NCBI GenBank assembly: GCA_038242795.1
Contig: JBBSRS010000001.1
Coordinates: 1 to 32,677, forward strand
Reading direction: 5' to 3'
Origin: Burkholderiales bacterium
Lineage (GTDB): Bacteria > Pseudomonadota > Gammaproteobacteria > Burkholderiales > Burkholderiaceae_C
Length of the DNA: 32,677 nucleotides
The notes below the pieces were generated by a model. It did no database searches, was not told where the DNA came from, and saw nothing but the letters and a program-made list of their open reading frames with translations. The stretch's first letter is position 1; each line of letters opens with the position of its first letter. The position numbers and the translations under genes were made by a program. Of the stretch, positions 7,301 to 17,671 are shown piece after piece.

Positions 7301-8688
7301 ACACCACGACGAGTATCCACACCACGACCACCCTTTCGGCAGGGCGCGCAGGCAGCACGCTGAGCCTGAACGAAGGCTATTTCGCCAAGCGCAATGCGCT
7401 CGACTGGGTGTTCGCCGTGCTGGTGGCGGGTGGTTTCCTGTATGCCTTTGCCCGCTACAGCGCCTACATGGATGTCTATGAAAAAGGCATCCTGTTCGGC
7501 GCCATACCCGCGACCATCGCGATGGGCTGGTTCTGGCGACCGCTGCGCGTGCTGATGATGGTCGTCGCCGGTTTTGCGCTCCTGGGCATTGCGTCCTACC
7601 AGGGCGACCTGGCGCGGGCCGAACAGGTGTTCTGGCTCAAGTATTTCCTGTCCAGCCAGTCGGCCATCCTGTGGATGAGCGTGCTGTTTTTCATGAGCAC
7701 GATTTTTTACTGGCTGGGCATGTTTGCCAGCAACACGCCGAACAGCGTCGGATCAAGCCACAGCGCCACGCTGGAGTCGCTGGGTTCAAAAATCGCCTGG
7801 GTGGGCGTGGGCATGGCGCTGATCGGCACGCTGGTGCGCTGGTACGAAAGCTACCTGATCGGCGCCGACATCGGCCACATTCCGGTCAGCAACCTGTATG
7901 AAGTGTTCGTGCTGTTTTGCTGGATGACGGCGGCTTTCTACCTGTACTTTGAAGCCGAGTACAAGACCCGCGCGCTGGGCGCCTTCGTCATGCTGGTGGT
8001 CAGCGGCGCGGTCGGTTTCCTGCTCTGGTACACCGTCATTCGCGAAGCGCATGAAATCCAGCCGCTGGTGCCGGCGCTGAAAAGCTGGTGGATGAAACTG
8101 CATGTGCCGGCCAACTTCATCGGCTACGGGATGTTCGCGCTGGCCGCCATGGTGGCGCTGTCCTACCACGTGAAACAGCAGGCGCAGGAAACCCGCTGGT
8201 ACAAGCTGACCCCCCTGTGGATGCTGGGCGTGGTGCTGTGCTTCGTGCCCATCGTGTTTCGCAAGTCGCCGCTGGAAGCCGGGGGCAGCAACTACTGGAT
8301 CGGCTACCTGCTGGTGGCCGGCCTGATCACCGGCGGCATTTTGCTGGGCCGCAAACACATTGCCGCGCGCCTGCCGAGCCTGGAAGTGCTGGACGACGTG
8401 ATGTACAAGGCCATTGCCGTCGGCTTTGCGTTTTTCACCATCGCCACGGTGCTGGGTGCCCTGTGGGCAGCCGAGGCCTGGGGCGGTTACTGGAGCTGGG
8501 ACCCGAAGGAAACCTGGGCCTTGATCGTCTGGCTCAACTATGCCGCCTGGCTGCACATGCGCCTCATGAAGGGCCTGCGCGGCACGGTGGCGGCCTGGTG
8601 GGCGCTGGGCGGGCTGGCGGTCACCACCTTTGCCTTCCTGGGGGTCAACATGTTTTTGTCGGGCCTGCACAGTTACGGAACCTTGTAG
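7297..8688 (+). CDS. ccsB: Cytochrome c synthase, WWD-domain heme-handling subunit (ResC; named CcsA or CcsB depending on nomenclature)
   Basis: PVSNLYE, PALKSWWMKLHV, WWD domain WGGYWSWDPKE, C-terminal GLHSYG. ATGA overlap with resB. Confidence 0.95.
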   Translation: MNTTTSIHTTTTLSAGRAGSTLSLNEGYFAKRNALDWVFAVLVAGGFLYAFARYSAYMDVYEKGILFGAIPATIAMGWFWRPLRVLMMVVAGFALLGIASYQGDLARAEQVFWLKYFLSSQSAILWMSVLFFMSTIFYWLGMFASNTPNSVGSSHSATLESLGSKIAWVGVGMALIGTLVRWYESYLIGADIGHIPVSNLYEVFVLFCWMTAAFYLYFEAEYKTRALGAFVMLVVSGAVGFLLWYTVIREAHEIQPLVPALKSWWMKLHVPANFIGYGMFALAAMVALSYHVKQQAQETRWYKLTPLWMLGVVLCFVPIVFRKSPLEAGGSNYWIGYLLVAGLITGGILLGRKHIAARLPSLEVLDDVMYKAIAVGFAFFTIATVLGALWAAEAWGGYWSWDPKETWALIVWLNYAAWLHMRLMKGLRGTVAAWWALGGLAVTTFAFLGVNMFLSGLHSYGTL

Positions 8689-8773
8689 ACGCCAGTTGAG
8701 TCCTTCACTTTGAATCCTGTACGGGATTTGCTGCGTATCACAGCCAACCATTGCAGGATCGAAAGGAACTCTC

Positions 8774-9772
8774 ATGCTCATCAAGACAAACTCCAGCGGA
8801 TTCAACCAGCCGCTTTCCAGCGACATCACCCCGCAAGGCATCTACCAGGGTCGGCGCGACCTGATCAAGCTCATGGCCAGCGGAACGGCGGGTGCCGCAC
8901 TGGCCGGTTGGGCCGGGCGCGATGCGCTGGCGCAAGGCGTGCCCAAACCGGGCAAGCTGGCGGCGCTGGCCGGTGGAAAATCCGCGGTCGCCGGCGCGGT
9001 GACGATGGAAAAAGTCACCGAGTACAAGGACGCGACCACCTACAACAACTTCTACGAGTTCGGCACCGACAAGGCCGATCCGGCGAGAAATGCCGCCACG
9101 CTGCCTGTGAAACCCTGGTCGGTGGCGGTTGAGGGCCTGGTCAAGAACCCGAGAAGCTTCACGCTCGAAGAATTGCTCAAGCTCAGCCCGCAGGAAGAGC
9201 GCATTTACCGCCTGCGCTGTGTCGAGGGCTGGTCGATGGTCATTCCCTGGGTGGGGTATTCGCTGTCCGAGCTGATCAAAAAAGTCGAGCCGCTGGGCAG
9301 CGCCAAGTATGTCGAGTTCATCACGCTGGCCGACCCCAAGACCATGCCGTTCGTCGGCTCGCGCGTGCTGGAATGGCCATACGTCGAGGCCTTGCGCCTG
9401 GACGAAGCCATGCATCCGCTGGCGCTGCTAACCTTTGGCATGTACGGCGAGGTGCTGCCCAACCAGAACGGCGCGCCGGTGCGCATGGTCGTGCCCTGGA
9501 AATACGGTTTCAAGAGCGGCAAGAGCATTGTCAAGATCCGTTTCACCGACAAGGAGCCGCGCACCGCCTGGAACAAGGCAGCGGCGCAGGAGTACGGCTT
9601 TTACTCCAACGTCAATCCCCTCGTGGACCACCCGCGCTGGAGCCAGGCCACCGAGCGGCGCATCGGCGAGGACGGGCTGTTTGCCAAAAAGCGCAAGACG
9701 CTGATGTTCAACGGCTATGAAGCGCAGGTCGGGCAGCTTTACGCCGGCATGGACCTCAAGAAGAATTTCTGA
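8774..9772 (+). CDS. msrP: Periplasmic protein-methionine-sulfoxide reductase catalytic subunit MsrP (YedY)
   Basis: SDITP...RRDLIK Tat signal, [17 protein letters not shown] Mo-ligand Cys, [28 protein letters not shown]. Confidence 0.96.
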   Translation: MLIKTNSSGFNQPLSSDITPQGIYQGRRDLIKLMASGTAGAALAGWAGRDALAQGVPKPGKLAALAGGKSAVAGAVTMEKVTEYKDATTYNNFYEFGTDKADPARNAATLPVKPWSVAVEGLVKNPRSFTLEELLKLSPQEERIYRLRCVEGWSMVIPWVGYSLSELIKKVEPLGSAKYVEFITLADPKTMPFVGSRVLEWPYVEALRLDEAMHPLALLTFGMYGEVLPNQNGAPVRMVVPWKYGFKSGKSIVKIRFTDKEPRTAWNKAAAQEYGFYSNVNPLVDHPRWSQATERRIGEDGLFAKKRKTLMFNGYEAQVGQLYAGMDLKKNF

Positions 9773-10431
9773 TGGCGGCCGTCATGGCAGCGCGGCAAAA
9801 GTGGTTGCTGCACCCGGCGGCCAAGCCGCTGGCCTTCATGCTGTGCCTCTTGCCGTTCGCATGGCTTTTCTACCAGGCTTTCAGCGACCTGTTGGGCGCA
9901 AATCCGGCCGAAGCACTGATTCGCGCCACGGGCAGCTGGACCTTGCGGTTTGTCTGTATCGTGCTGGCGGTCACCCCATTGCGTGTCATCAGCAAAACCC
10001 CGGCGCTGGCGCGTTTTCGTCGCATGCTGGGGCTTTTTTGCTATTTCTACGTGGTGGTCCACCTGCTCAGCTACAGCTGGTTCGACATGGGCTTTGACGT
10101 GCCCGAGATCATCAAGGACATCATCAAGCGCCCGTTCATCCTGGTGGGTTTTTCGGCCTTCTTGCTGCTGACCCCGCTGGCTGCCACGTCCTTCAATGCC
10201 GCCATCAAGGCCATGGGGGCCAAGCGCTGGCAAATGCTGCACAAGCTCGTGTACCTGATCGCTGGCTTGGGCCTCCTGCATTTTTTCTGGATGCGCGCTG
10301 GAAAAAACAACTTCAATGAAGTTTTCGTTTATGCCGCCATTGTCGCCACGCTGCTGGGCTGGCGCGTGTGGAACCACTTGTCGAAGAAACAGCGACAGGT
10401 TTCAAGGCAACCGGTCGTTGCCACTCGCTGA
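9772..10431 (+). CDS. msrQ: Heme-binding membrane subunit MsrQ (YedZ)
   Basis: LGANP, TPLR, RRMLGL, LAATS, WQMLHKLVY, LLHF. Directly follows msrP. Confidence 0.95.
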   Translation: MAAVMAARQKWLLHPAAKPLAFMLCLLPFAWLFYQAFSDLLGANPAEALIRATGSWTLRFVCIVLAVTPLRVISKTPALARFRRMLGLFCYFYVVVHLLSYSWFDMGFDVPEIIKDIIKRPFILVGFSAFLLLTPLAATSFNAAIKAMGAKRWQMLHKLVYLIAGLGLLHFFWMRAGKNNFNEVFVYAAIVATLLGWRVWNHLSKKQRQVSRQPVVATR

Positions 10432-10438
10432 CCTTGGG

Positions 10439-10503
10439 TGCTATTGAATAAATAGCTGGTTGCGCCCGTGGAATAAGCGCTGTAGGCGAATTTGGCTTGA
10501 AAT
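10439..10503 (+). repeat. 65-bp dispersed intergenic element, copy 3
   Basis: TGCTATTGAATAAATAGCTGGTTGCGCCCGTGGAATAAGCGCTGTAGGCGAATTTGGCTTGAAAT, between the convergent msrQ and lysA genes. Confidence 0.85.
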
Positions 10504-10556
10504 ACAGCCTGCGGCAGCGCTGAAATTTCAACCCACACCCCTTGGCGCTTGTTGAT

Positions 10557-11846
10557 TCAGGGCAGCAGCAGTTCACCGCGAAACGTGTCGGCTGCAGACT
10601 CGCGCGCACGAATCAGCCGGGCCACATCGGCATCCACCAGCAGTTCTGCGGCGCGACCTCTGGTGTTGTAGTTGCTGGACATGCTCATGCAATAGGCACC
10701 GGCTGACATCACCGCCAACTGGTCACCGGCCACCACATTCAGCACACGGTCGTGGCCAAGCCAGTCGCCGCTTTCGCAAACCGGCCCCACGACGTCATAG
10801 ACAGTCCCGTTTGCGTTCGCGTTGGCGGTGATCGGCTCGACCGGTACGATGGCGTGGAAAGCCTGGTACATGGCCGGTCGCGGGAGGTCGTTCATGGCCG
10901 CATCGACGATGCAGAAGTTCTTCTGCTCGCCCGGCTTCAAATAAAGCACTTCGGTGACGCAGATGCCGGCATTGCCGACCAGCGAACGGCCGGGCTCGAC
11001 CATCAGTTTCCTGCGGCCATAGCCGCGCGCATCCAGCTTGACCAGCAGTTGCCGCCACAGCGCATCCGCTTCGGGCGGCGTGTCGTGGTGGTAGTCGATG
11101 CCCAGCCCACCGCCAAAATCGATATGCGCCAGCGCAATGCCAGCGTCTTCGATGGCGGTCACCAGGTCCAGCACGCGGTCCATGGCGTCAAGGTAGGGCG
11201 TCACCTCGGTGATCTGCGAGCCGATGTGACAGTCGATGCCGACGACTTTCAGCCCCTCAAGCGAAGCGGCATGCCGGTAGATGCGCACGGCGTCTTCATG
11301 GGCCACGCCAAACTTGTTGCCTTTCAGGCCGGTGGAAATATACGGGTGTGTCTTTGGATCGACGTTCGGGTTAACGCGGATGCTGACGGGCGCGCGCAGT
11401 CCCATGGCCAATGCCACACCAGACAGCACGTCAAGTTCTGCTTCGCTCTCAACATTGAAGCAGCCAATGCCAGCGGCCAGCGCCTGGCGCATCTCGGCGC
11501 GCGTCTTGCCGACGCCAGAGAAAATGACCTTTCCCACGTCGCCGCCCGCCGCCTGGACGCGTTCCAGTTCGCCGCCCGAGACAATGTCAAAGCCGCAACC
11601 CGCCCGGGCAAACACCTGCAGCACGGCCAGCGAGGAATTGGCTTTCATGGCATAGCAAATTTGCGCATCCCGGCCTTCAAAGCCGCGCTGGTAGGCCGCC
11701 AGCGCCGACAGCATGGCCGCTTTTGAATAGATGAACAGGGGCGTTCCATAGGTGGAGGCCAGTTCGCTGACGCGCACCGCCTCGGCAAACAGTGTGCCGC
11801 CCTGATAGGAAAAATGGGGATGACCGGGAAGGACGGGAAGAGTCAT
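10557..11846 (-). CDS. lysA: Diaminopimelate decarboxylase
   Basis: YAMKAN PLP lysine, HIGSQ, DFGGG, EPGR, GPVCESGD, GAY..SMSSNYN. Start trimmed to ATG 11846. Confidence 0.96.
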   Translation of the reverse strand: MTLPVLPGHPHFSYQGGTLFAEAVRVSELASTYGTPLFIYSKAAMLSALAAYQRGFEGRDAQICYAMKANSSLAVLQVFARAGCGFDIVSGGELERVQAAGGDVGKVIFSGVGKTRAEMRQALAAGIGCFNVESEAELDVLSGVALAMGLRAPVSIRVNPNVDPKTHPYISTGLKGNKFGVAHEDAVRIYRHAASLEGLKVVGIDCHIGSQITEVTPYLDAMDRVLDLVTAIEDAGIALAHIDFGGGLGIDYHHDTPPEADALWRQLLVKLDARGYGRRKLMVEPGRSLVGNAGICVTEVLYLKPGEQKNFCIVDAAMNDLPRPAMYQAFHAIVPVEPITANANANGTVYDVVGPVCESGDWLGHDRVLNVVAGDQLAVMSAGAYCMSMSSNYNTRGRAAELLVDADVARLIRARESAADTFRGELLLP

Positions 11847-11982
11847 GAACAGGTTCTGTTGAAACAAGAAGCAAAAAGAGGCGCGATGAGGGGCTGGCCA
11901 GCCGGCTCTGCAGGAAGGCTGCATGATGCGCTGACGTGCACAACAGCGCCTGAAAGAATGAATCCCCCCACGTGGGCAGACG

Positions 11983-12198
11983 CTATCGCGTTGCCGAGGC
12001 CGGAGCAGTCGCCGGCAGGGGAACCTGGGCAAGGCTGGGCGACATGACCAGCGCAGGGGCCTGTACGGGCACCGGCAAGAACAGCGGGCCTTTCTGTCCG
12101 CAACCGGACAGTATCGCAGTGCCTGCCACAAAGGCAACAAAACCATGCCTGGCAGTGACACGGACAAGGCAACCTAGAATTCGGTGTGAAAAAACCAT
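11983..12198 (-). CDS. lptM: Small lipoprotein LptM/YifL (LppL family), 71 aa
   Basis: Lipobox LSGC followed by GQKGPLFLP, the family signature. Typical position between cyaY and lysA. Confidence 0.85.
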   Translation of the reverse strand: MVFSHRILGCLVRVTARHGFVAFVAGTAILSGCGQKGPLFLPVPVQAPALVMSPSLAQVPLPATAPASATR

Positions 12199-12210
12199 GA
12201 CAGGATTGTA

Positions 12211-12546
12211 ATGACGGACCTCGAATACCAAAACCAGGCGGAGCGCGTGCTCAAGGCTGTCGAGCAGGCTTGCGACCGCTTGAACGACGAGAGCGATGTG
12301 GACATCGACAACCAGCGAACCGGCGGAATGGTCACGTTGACGTTTGCCAACCGCAGCCAGATCATCATCAACCTGCAAAAACCGCTGCATGAAATCTGGA
12401 TGGCCGCCAGGGCCGGCGGTTTTCACTACAAATCCAGCAATGGGCAATGGCTTGACACCAAGGATGCGCGGGAGTTCTTTGCCAATTTGTCGCGCTGCGC
12501 GAGCGAGCAGTCGGGCCAGTCCCTGGTGTTTGCTTCTGCAACCTGA
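12211..12546 (+). CDS. cyaY: Iron donor protein CyaY (frataxin)
   Basis: MTDLEY start, [22 protein letters not shown] frataxin signature, 111 aa. Confidence 0.95.
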   Translation: MTDLEYQNQAERVLKAVEQACDRLNDESDVDIDNQRTGGMVTLTFANRSQIIINLQKPLHEIWMAARAGGFHYKSSNGQWLDTKDAREFFANLSRCASEQSGQSLVFASAT

Positions 12547-12561
12547 TTCTTCATTGACCTG

Positions 12562-12591
12562 AAAAAAACGGACCCAAGGTCCGTTTTTTTT
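12562..12591. terminator. Bidirectional intrinsic terminator between convergent cyaY and mrcA
   Basis: AAAAAAACGGACC-caa-GGTCCGTTTTTTTT perfect hairpin with A and T tracts on the two sides. Confidence 0.9.
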
Positions 12592-12610
12592 AAAAGCCTG
12601 TGCGCATGTC

Positions 12611-15028
12611 TCAGTTCTTGAACAGGTCCAGGATGCGTTTTTTCTCGTCAGAGGGCGGCAGGACCTGGATGCCACCGCCTGGGACGGGCACGGTTTCCTC
12701 GCCGGACGTGCCGGCTTCTGGCTGCATGCCTACGCTGCTGATGCCGGCGCCTTTGGCATATTCCTCGTAATACCACTCGCCATTCAGGTTGACCACGCCT
12801 GCAGGCGGCTGGTATTCGGTGACTGGCACAACCTTTAGGGCATATTCCATGAAGTTGATCCAGATCGGCAAGCTCAGGCCGCCACCTGTTTCACGGTCGC
12901 CGAGTTTCTTGGGCGTGTCATAACCCATCCACACCGCCGCCGTCAGTGTGGGCTGGAAACCCACAAACCAAGTGTCGATCGAGTCATTGGTGGTGCCGGT
13001 CTTGCCAAAAATATCCGGACGCTTGAGCATGGCCTGGGCCTTGGCTGCGGTGCCTGAACGCGCCACTTCCTGGAGCAGGCTGTTCATGATGAACGCGTTC
13101 CGCGCATCAATGCCGCGCATTGACTCGTCCAACGCTGGCGGCGTGACTTCAAGCAGCACCTTGCCGCGCTGGTCGGTGATTTTGGTGATCAGGTAGGGGT
13201 TGACACGGTAGCCGCCATTGGCAAAAACCGAATAACCCGTTGCCATCTGCATGGGTGTGACCGATCCGGCGCCCAGCGCCATCGTCAGGTAGGCCGGGTG
13301 TTTTTCCGCATCGAAACCAAAATGCGTCACCCACTCCTGGCCATACTTGGCGCCAATCGATTGCAGGATGCGGATGGACACCAGGTTTTTTGATTTTTTC
13401 AGCGCCGTGCGCAGGCTCATCGGGCCTTCGAAACCGCCGTCGTAGTTCTTGGGTTCCCAAGGCTGCCCGCCAGTGACGCCAGCGCCAAAGAAAAGTGGCG
13501 CATCGTTCACGACGGTGGCCGGGGTAAAGCCTTTTTCCAGCGCCGCCGAGTAAATGAAGGGCTTGAAGCTAGAACCCGGCTGGCGCCAGGCCTGCGTCAC
13601 ATGGTTGAACTTGTTTTTCTCAAAATCAAAGCCGCCAATCAGCGCGCGAACTGCGCCATCACGCGGGTCCATGGCCACAAAGGCGCCTTCGACTTCCGGC
13701 AACTGGGTAATTTCCCAGGCATCCTTCGGCGTCCTGGCCACCCGGATCAGCGCACCCGGACGAAGCTTGATGTTGGGGCCGGCTTTGTCGGCAAGACCTG
13801 ATTGCGCAGGTCGCAGACCTTCTCCGGTGATGGTTACCTTTTCGCTGTTCTGGCGCATAGCGATGATCCGCTTGGGACCCGCCTCCAGCACCACAGCCGA
13901 CATGATGTCTCCGTTGTCGGGGTTCTCGGCCAGGGCCTCGTCAATCGCATCTTCAACTTCCGCAGGGTTGGACGGCAGGTCGATAAACTTTTCGGGGCCC
14001 CTGTAGATCTGCCTGCGCTCGTAATCCATGATGCCCTTGCGCAGGGCCTTGTAGGCCGTGGTCTGGTCGGCCGACTTGAGGGTGGTGTAGACATTCAGCC
14101 CACGTGTATAGGTTTCTTCGCCATATTGGTTGAACACGAGCTGGCGAACGGTTTCAGCCACGTATTCCGCATGCACACGCCCGGCATCGCGTCCGGTCCT
14201 GATCACCAGTTCTTCTTCCCGGGCCGATTTCGCCTGCTGGGCATTGATGAAGCCGTTTTGCTCCATGCGTTCGATGATGTAAAGCTGACGCGTCCGGGCG
14301 CGGCTGGGGTTGGCAATCGGGTTGTAGGTGGAAGGTGCCTTGGGCAGGCCGGCCAGCATGGCGGCTTCGGCAATGCTGACATCCTTGAGCGGCTTGCCGA
14401 AGTAAGTTTCTGCCGCAGCGGCAAAACCGTAAGACCGATTTCCCAGAAAAATCTGGTTCATGTAGATTTCAAGAATCTGGTTCTTCGTCAGCGAATGCTC
14501 CAGCTTGAAGGTCAGCAGGATTTCATAAATCTTGCGCGTGTAGCTTTTCTCGGCCGTCAGGTACACATTGCGGGCAACCTGCATCGTGATGGTGGAGGCG
14601 CCCTGGCTTTTCGCCCGGCCCAGGTTCGCCAGTGCCGCACGGACCACGCCCAGGTAGTCCACGCCGCCATGCGAGAAAAACCGGGCGTCTTCGATGGCCA
14701 GTACCGCATCTTTCATGATCTGCGGGATTTCATCGATGGGCGTTAGCCTGCGCCGCTCTTCGCCGAATTCCCCGATGATGACGCCGTCCGCCGTGTACAC
14801 CCGCAGCGGTTGCTTGGGGCGGTAATCCGACAAAGCCGAAATATCCGGCAGGTTGGGGTAGGCAACTGCCAGCGCCACCGCCAGAAAGATCGCCAGGCCG
14901 GCAAGACCGGCCAGCACCAGACCAATGCTGCCAAAAAAGAACTTCGCAAGCGAGCGCAGCCAGGAAGAAGGCCGCTTCACTGTATTGGGTTTTGATCGGG
15001 AATCGGGAGTCCGGGAGGAAGAGGGCAT
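12611..15028 (-). CDS. mrcA: Penicillin-binding protein 1A
   Basis: Transglycosylase motifs EDARFFSHGG and GASTITMQ; transpeptidase SxxK (SSFK), SxN (SKN) and KTG. Divergent from pilM as is typical. Confidence 0.96.
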   Translation of the reverse strand: MPSSSRTPDSRSKPNTVKRPSSWLRSLAKFFFGSIGLVLAGLAGLAIFLAVALAVAYPNLPDISALSDYRPKQPLRVYTADGVIIGEFGEERRRLTPIDEIPQIMKDAVLAIEDARFFSHGGVDYLGVVRAALANLGRAKSQGASTITMQVARNVYLTAEKSYTRKIYEILLTFKLEHSLTKNQILEIYMNQIFLGNRSYGFAAAAETYFGKPLKDVSIAEAAMLAGLPKAPSTYNPIANPSRARTRQLYIIERMEQNGFINAQQAKSAREEELVIRTGRDAGRVHAEYVAETVRQLVFNQYGEETYTRGLNVYTTLKSADQTTAYKALRKGIMDYERRQIYRGPEKFIDLPSNPAEVEDAIDEALAENPDNGDIMSAVVLEAGPKRIIAMRQNSEKVTITGEGLRPAQSGLADKAGPNIKLRPGALIRVARTPKDAWEITQLPEVEGAFVAMDPRDGAVRALIGGFDFEKNKFNHVTQAWRQPGSSFKPFIYSAALEKGFTPATVVNDAPLFFGAGVTGGQPWEPKNYDGGFEGPMSLRTALKKSKNLVSIRILQSIGAKYGQEWVTHFGFDAEKHPAYLTMALGAGSVTPMQMATGYSVFANGGYRVNPYLITKITDQRGKVLLEVTPPALDESMRGIDARNAFIMNSLLQEVARSGTAAKAQAMLKRPDIFGKTGTTNDSIDTWFVGFQPTLTAAVWMGYDTPKKLGDRETGGGLSLPIWINFMEYALKVVPVTEYQPPAGVVNLNGEWYYEEYAKGAGISSVGMQPEAGTSGEETVPVPGGGIQVLPPSDEKKRILDLFKN

Positions 15029-15287
15029 CAAGGTCAATCGTAGAGTCGCAGCCGCATTATAAAAATTTCTTGGGACATAGGCGTGTTGGACGTTTAGGGA
15101 GGGATTGCACTGTTACACCGAGTTATAACTTTTTACATCAGCGCAATCCCTGAAGTTCGTCTGCATTTGACAACGCAGGACTTGTCGAGATGCTTAAAAG
15201 TGGTTACTCCCTTAGGGGCTTACTGCTAACATTCAGGAGATTTTTAAGCAAATAGGTTACATAGTAGCCGTTCATCCGGGGGCGCCC

Positions 15288-16367
15288 TTGATCTCACTGG
15301 GATCGTTATTCAACCATCAACAACCCCCTTTGCTGGGGGTGGACATCAGTTCGTCCAGTGTCACGCTGGTCGAGGTGAGCCGTGACAAGTCCGGGCGTCT
15401 GGTTCTCGAACGCTGCGCTATCGAGCCCTTGGACGCCGGATGGGTCACCGACGGCAACATCGAAAAATTCGATGAGGTGGCCGACGTGCTGCGCCGTGTC
15501 GTGAAAAAAAGCGGCACTCGCACGCGAAATGTCGCCATGGCGCTGCCACCTTCCGCCGTGATCAGCAAAAAGATTGTTCTGCCTGGTGGGCTGAGCGATG
15601 CCGAACTGGAAATTCAGGTCGAATCCGAAGCCAACAAGTACATCCCCTTTTCCCTGGATGAAGTCAGCCTCGATTTTTGTGTCCTGGGCCCCAGTGCAAC
15701 GTCCAGTGGCGATGTCGAGGTGCTGATTGCCGCTTCGCGCAAGGAAAAAGTCCAGGACCGGCAGGGTCTGGCCGAAGCTGCCGGGCTCAAGCCCATCGTG
15801 GTGGATGTGGAGTCTTATGCCTCCCGTCTTGCCACGGCAAGGTTGATCGAGAACATGCCCAACAAGGGCGTCGACACCATGGTGGCGCTGTTCGAGATCG
15901 GCTCCGTGACCACCAGCCTGCAGGTCATCAGAAATGACGAAGTCCTGTACGAACGAGACCAGGCATTTGGCGGTGCACAGCTGACGCAGCTGATTGTCAG
16001 GCAATACGGTTTCTCGCTTGAAGAGGCAGAAACCAAAAAACGCGGCGCAGATTTACCGGAAGACTATGCATTGGGTGTGTTGAACCCGTTTGTCGAAAGC
16101 ATGACCCAGGAAATCAGCCGGGCGCTCCAGTTTTTCTTTACCAGCACGCCCTACAACCGGGTGGATCACGTGATGCTGGCCGGCGGATCGTCTTCATTGG
16201 CCGGCCTGACAGAATCCGTGACCAAACAGACGGCTTTTGCCTGCCAGCTGGTGAATCCTTTTGAGGGTATGGAAATCGGCAGCGGTGTCATGGAAAACAG
16301 GATGCGGCGCGAAGCCTCCTCCTACCTGACCGCCTGTGGCCTGGCTTTGCGAAGGTTTACACAGTGA
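15288..16367 (+). CDS. pilM: Type IV pilus assembly protein PilM
   Basis: Actin-like fold motifs LGVDISSSSV, YIPFSLDEVSLDF, FGGAQLT, LAGG, ACGLALR. TTG start. Confidence 0.95.
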   Translation: MISLGSLFNHQQPPLLGVDISSSSVTLVEVSRDKSGRLVLERCAIEPLDAGWVTDGNIEKFDEVADVLRRVVKKSGTRTRNVAMALPPSAVISKKIVLPGGLSDAELEIQVESEANKYIPFSLDEVSLDFCVLGPSATSSGDVEVLIAASRKEKVQDRQGLAEAAGLKPIVVDVESYASRLATARLIENMPNKGVDTMVALFEIGSVTTSLQVIRNDEVLYERDQAFGGAQLTQLIVRQYGFSLEEAETKKRGADLPEDYALGVLNPFVESMTQEISRALQFFFTSTPYNRVDHVMLAGGSSSLAGLTESVTKQTAFACQLVNPFEGMEIGSGVMENRMRREASSYLTACGLALRRFTQ

Positions 16368-16972
16368 TTTTGATCAACCTGCTGCCACACCGGGAAGCCG
16401 CCCGTAAACGCCGGCGTGAAATATTTTTCGTGACCCTGGGTCTGGCTGCACTGGCTGGCGTGCTGGTCTGCAGCGTTATGTATTCCTGGTATCTGACGCA
16501 GATTGAAAGTCAGCGAGGAAGAAACACTTTTTTGCAGTCCGAAATCACACGCCTTGACGAACAAATCAAGAACATTGCCACCTTGCAGGCAGAAATCAAT
16601 TCCCTCAAGGCGCGCCAGACGGCGGTCGAGGATTTGCAGGGAAACCGCAATCTGCCGGTGTATTTGCTGAGCGAACTGGTTCGGCAACTGCCCGATGGCG
16701 TGTACGTGAACAGCCTCAAGCAGGAAAACCAGACCGTGCTGTTGACAGGCATTGCCCAATCGAACGAACGGGTGTCAGAACTTTTGCGCAATGTTTCCAA
16801 CAACAGCGCATGGCTGTCCAAGCCGGAACTGGTGGAAATAACCGCAGGAACCGTGTCGCTGAGCCCGCGCGACCAGCGCCGGGTTTCAAATTTCTCGATG
16901 CGGATGGAAATCAAGCGGACCAGTGATCAAAAAGAGGCCGCGTCGTCGGCACCTGCTGCGGCCAAGCCCTGA
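16364..16972 (+). CDS. pilN: Type IV pilus assembly protein PilN
   Basis: N-terminal INLLPHR motif, TM helix, coiled coil, SNERVSELLRN. Confidence 0.95.
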   Translation: MILINLLPHREAARKRRREIFFVTLGLAALAGVLVCSVMYSWYLTQIESQRGRNTFLQSEITRLDEQIKNIATLQAEINSLKARQTAVEDLQGNRNLPVYLLSELVRQLPDGVYVNSLKQENQTVLLTGIAQSNERVSELLRNVSNNSAWLSKPELVEITAGTVSLSPRDQRRVSNFSMRMEIKRTSDQKEAASSAPAAAKP

Positions 16973-16993
16973 TGTGGCACGAATGAATTGATC

Positions 16994-17671
16994 ATGGCAA
17001 AAAAAACGTCCACCCCTTCCTTTGATTTTTCAGCCTTTCAAAGCCGTATTCAGAATCAGTTCACCGGCCTGGATCCCAACGATCCGTCGTCCTGGCCCTC
17101 GTTTCCGCGCTACCTGCTGTGTGTCGGCCTCACGGTTGCCGTGGTAATAGCGCTCTGGTTTGTATGGCTGAGTGCAGTGGATGAAGAACTGACGACGGAA
17201 AGGACCAAGGAAGTCCAACTCCGTCAGGACTACACCGGCAAGCTGACGCAGGCTATCAATCTGGAAGCGCTGAGCAAGCAGCGCGAACAGGTTCAGCAGT
17301 ATGTGACACAGCTGGAAAAGCAGCTGCCCAGCAAAGCCGAAATGGATGCCTTGCTGTCCGACATCAACCAGGCCGGCCTGGGTCGCAGCCTTCAGTTTGA
17401 ACTGTTCCGGCCGGGGCAGGTGGTGATCAAGGACTACTACGCCGAGTTGCCGATTGAGGTAAGGGTCACAGGGCAATACCATGACATGGGTGCATTTGCC
17501 GCCGATATTGCCAACCTTTCGCGGATTGTGACGCTGAACAATATGGCTATTGCACCTGCGAAAGACGGCAACCTGGTGATGGACGCGACGGCTAAGACCT
17601 TCCGCTATCTGGACAGCGAAGAAATCGCGCTGCAGCGCAAGAACGCTTCTGCTAGCGGAGCGAAACAATGA
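16994..17671 (+). CDS. pilO: Type IV pilus assembly protein PilO
   Basis: DPSSWP, QLPSKAEMDALLSDI, YAELPI, GQYHD, LSRIVTL, AKTFRY. Confidence 0.95.
   Translation: MAKKTSTPSFDFSAFQSRIQNQFTGLDPNDPSSWPSFPRYLLCVGLTVAVVIALWFVWLSAVDEELTTERTKEVQLRQDYTGKLTQAINLEALSKQREQVQQYVTQLEKQLPSKAEMDALLSDINQAGLGRSLQFELFRPGQVVIKDYYAELPIEVRVTGQYHDMGAFAADIANLSRIVTLNNMAIAPAKDGNLVMDATAKTFRYLDSEEIALQRKNASASGAKQ

Noticed and set aside
11847-11982. Lysine riboswitch in the lptM-lysA spacer
   Set aside because: Only 136 bp, too short for that aptamer, and no recognisable conserved motifs or terminator.
15241-15270. TTTTTAAGC upstream of pilM as another element end
   Set aside because: Matches only the AT-rich tail, with no GCGC or AGCTAT at the expected offsets.
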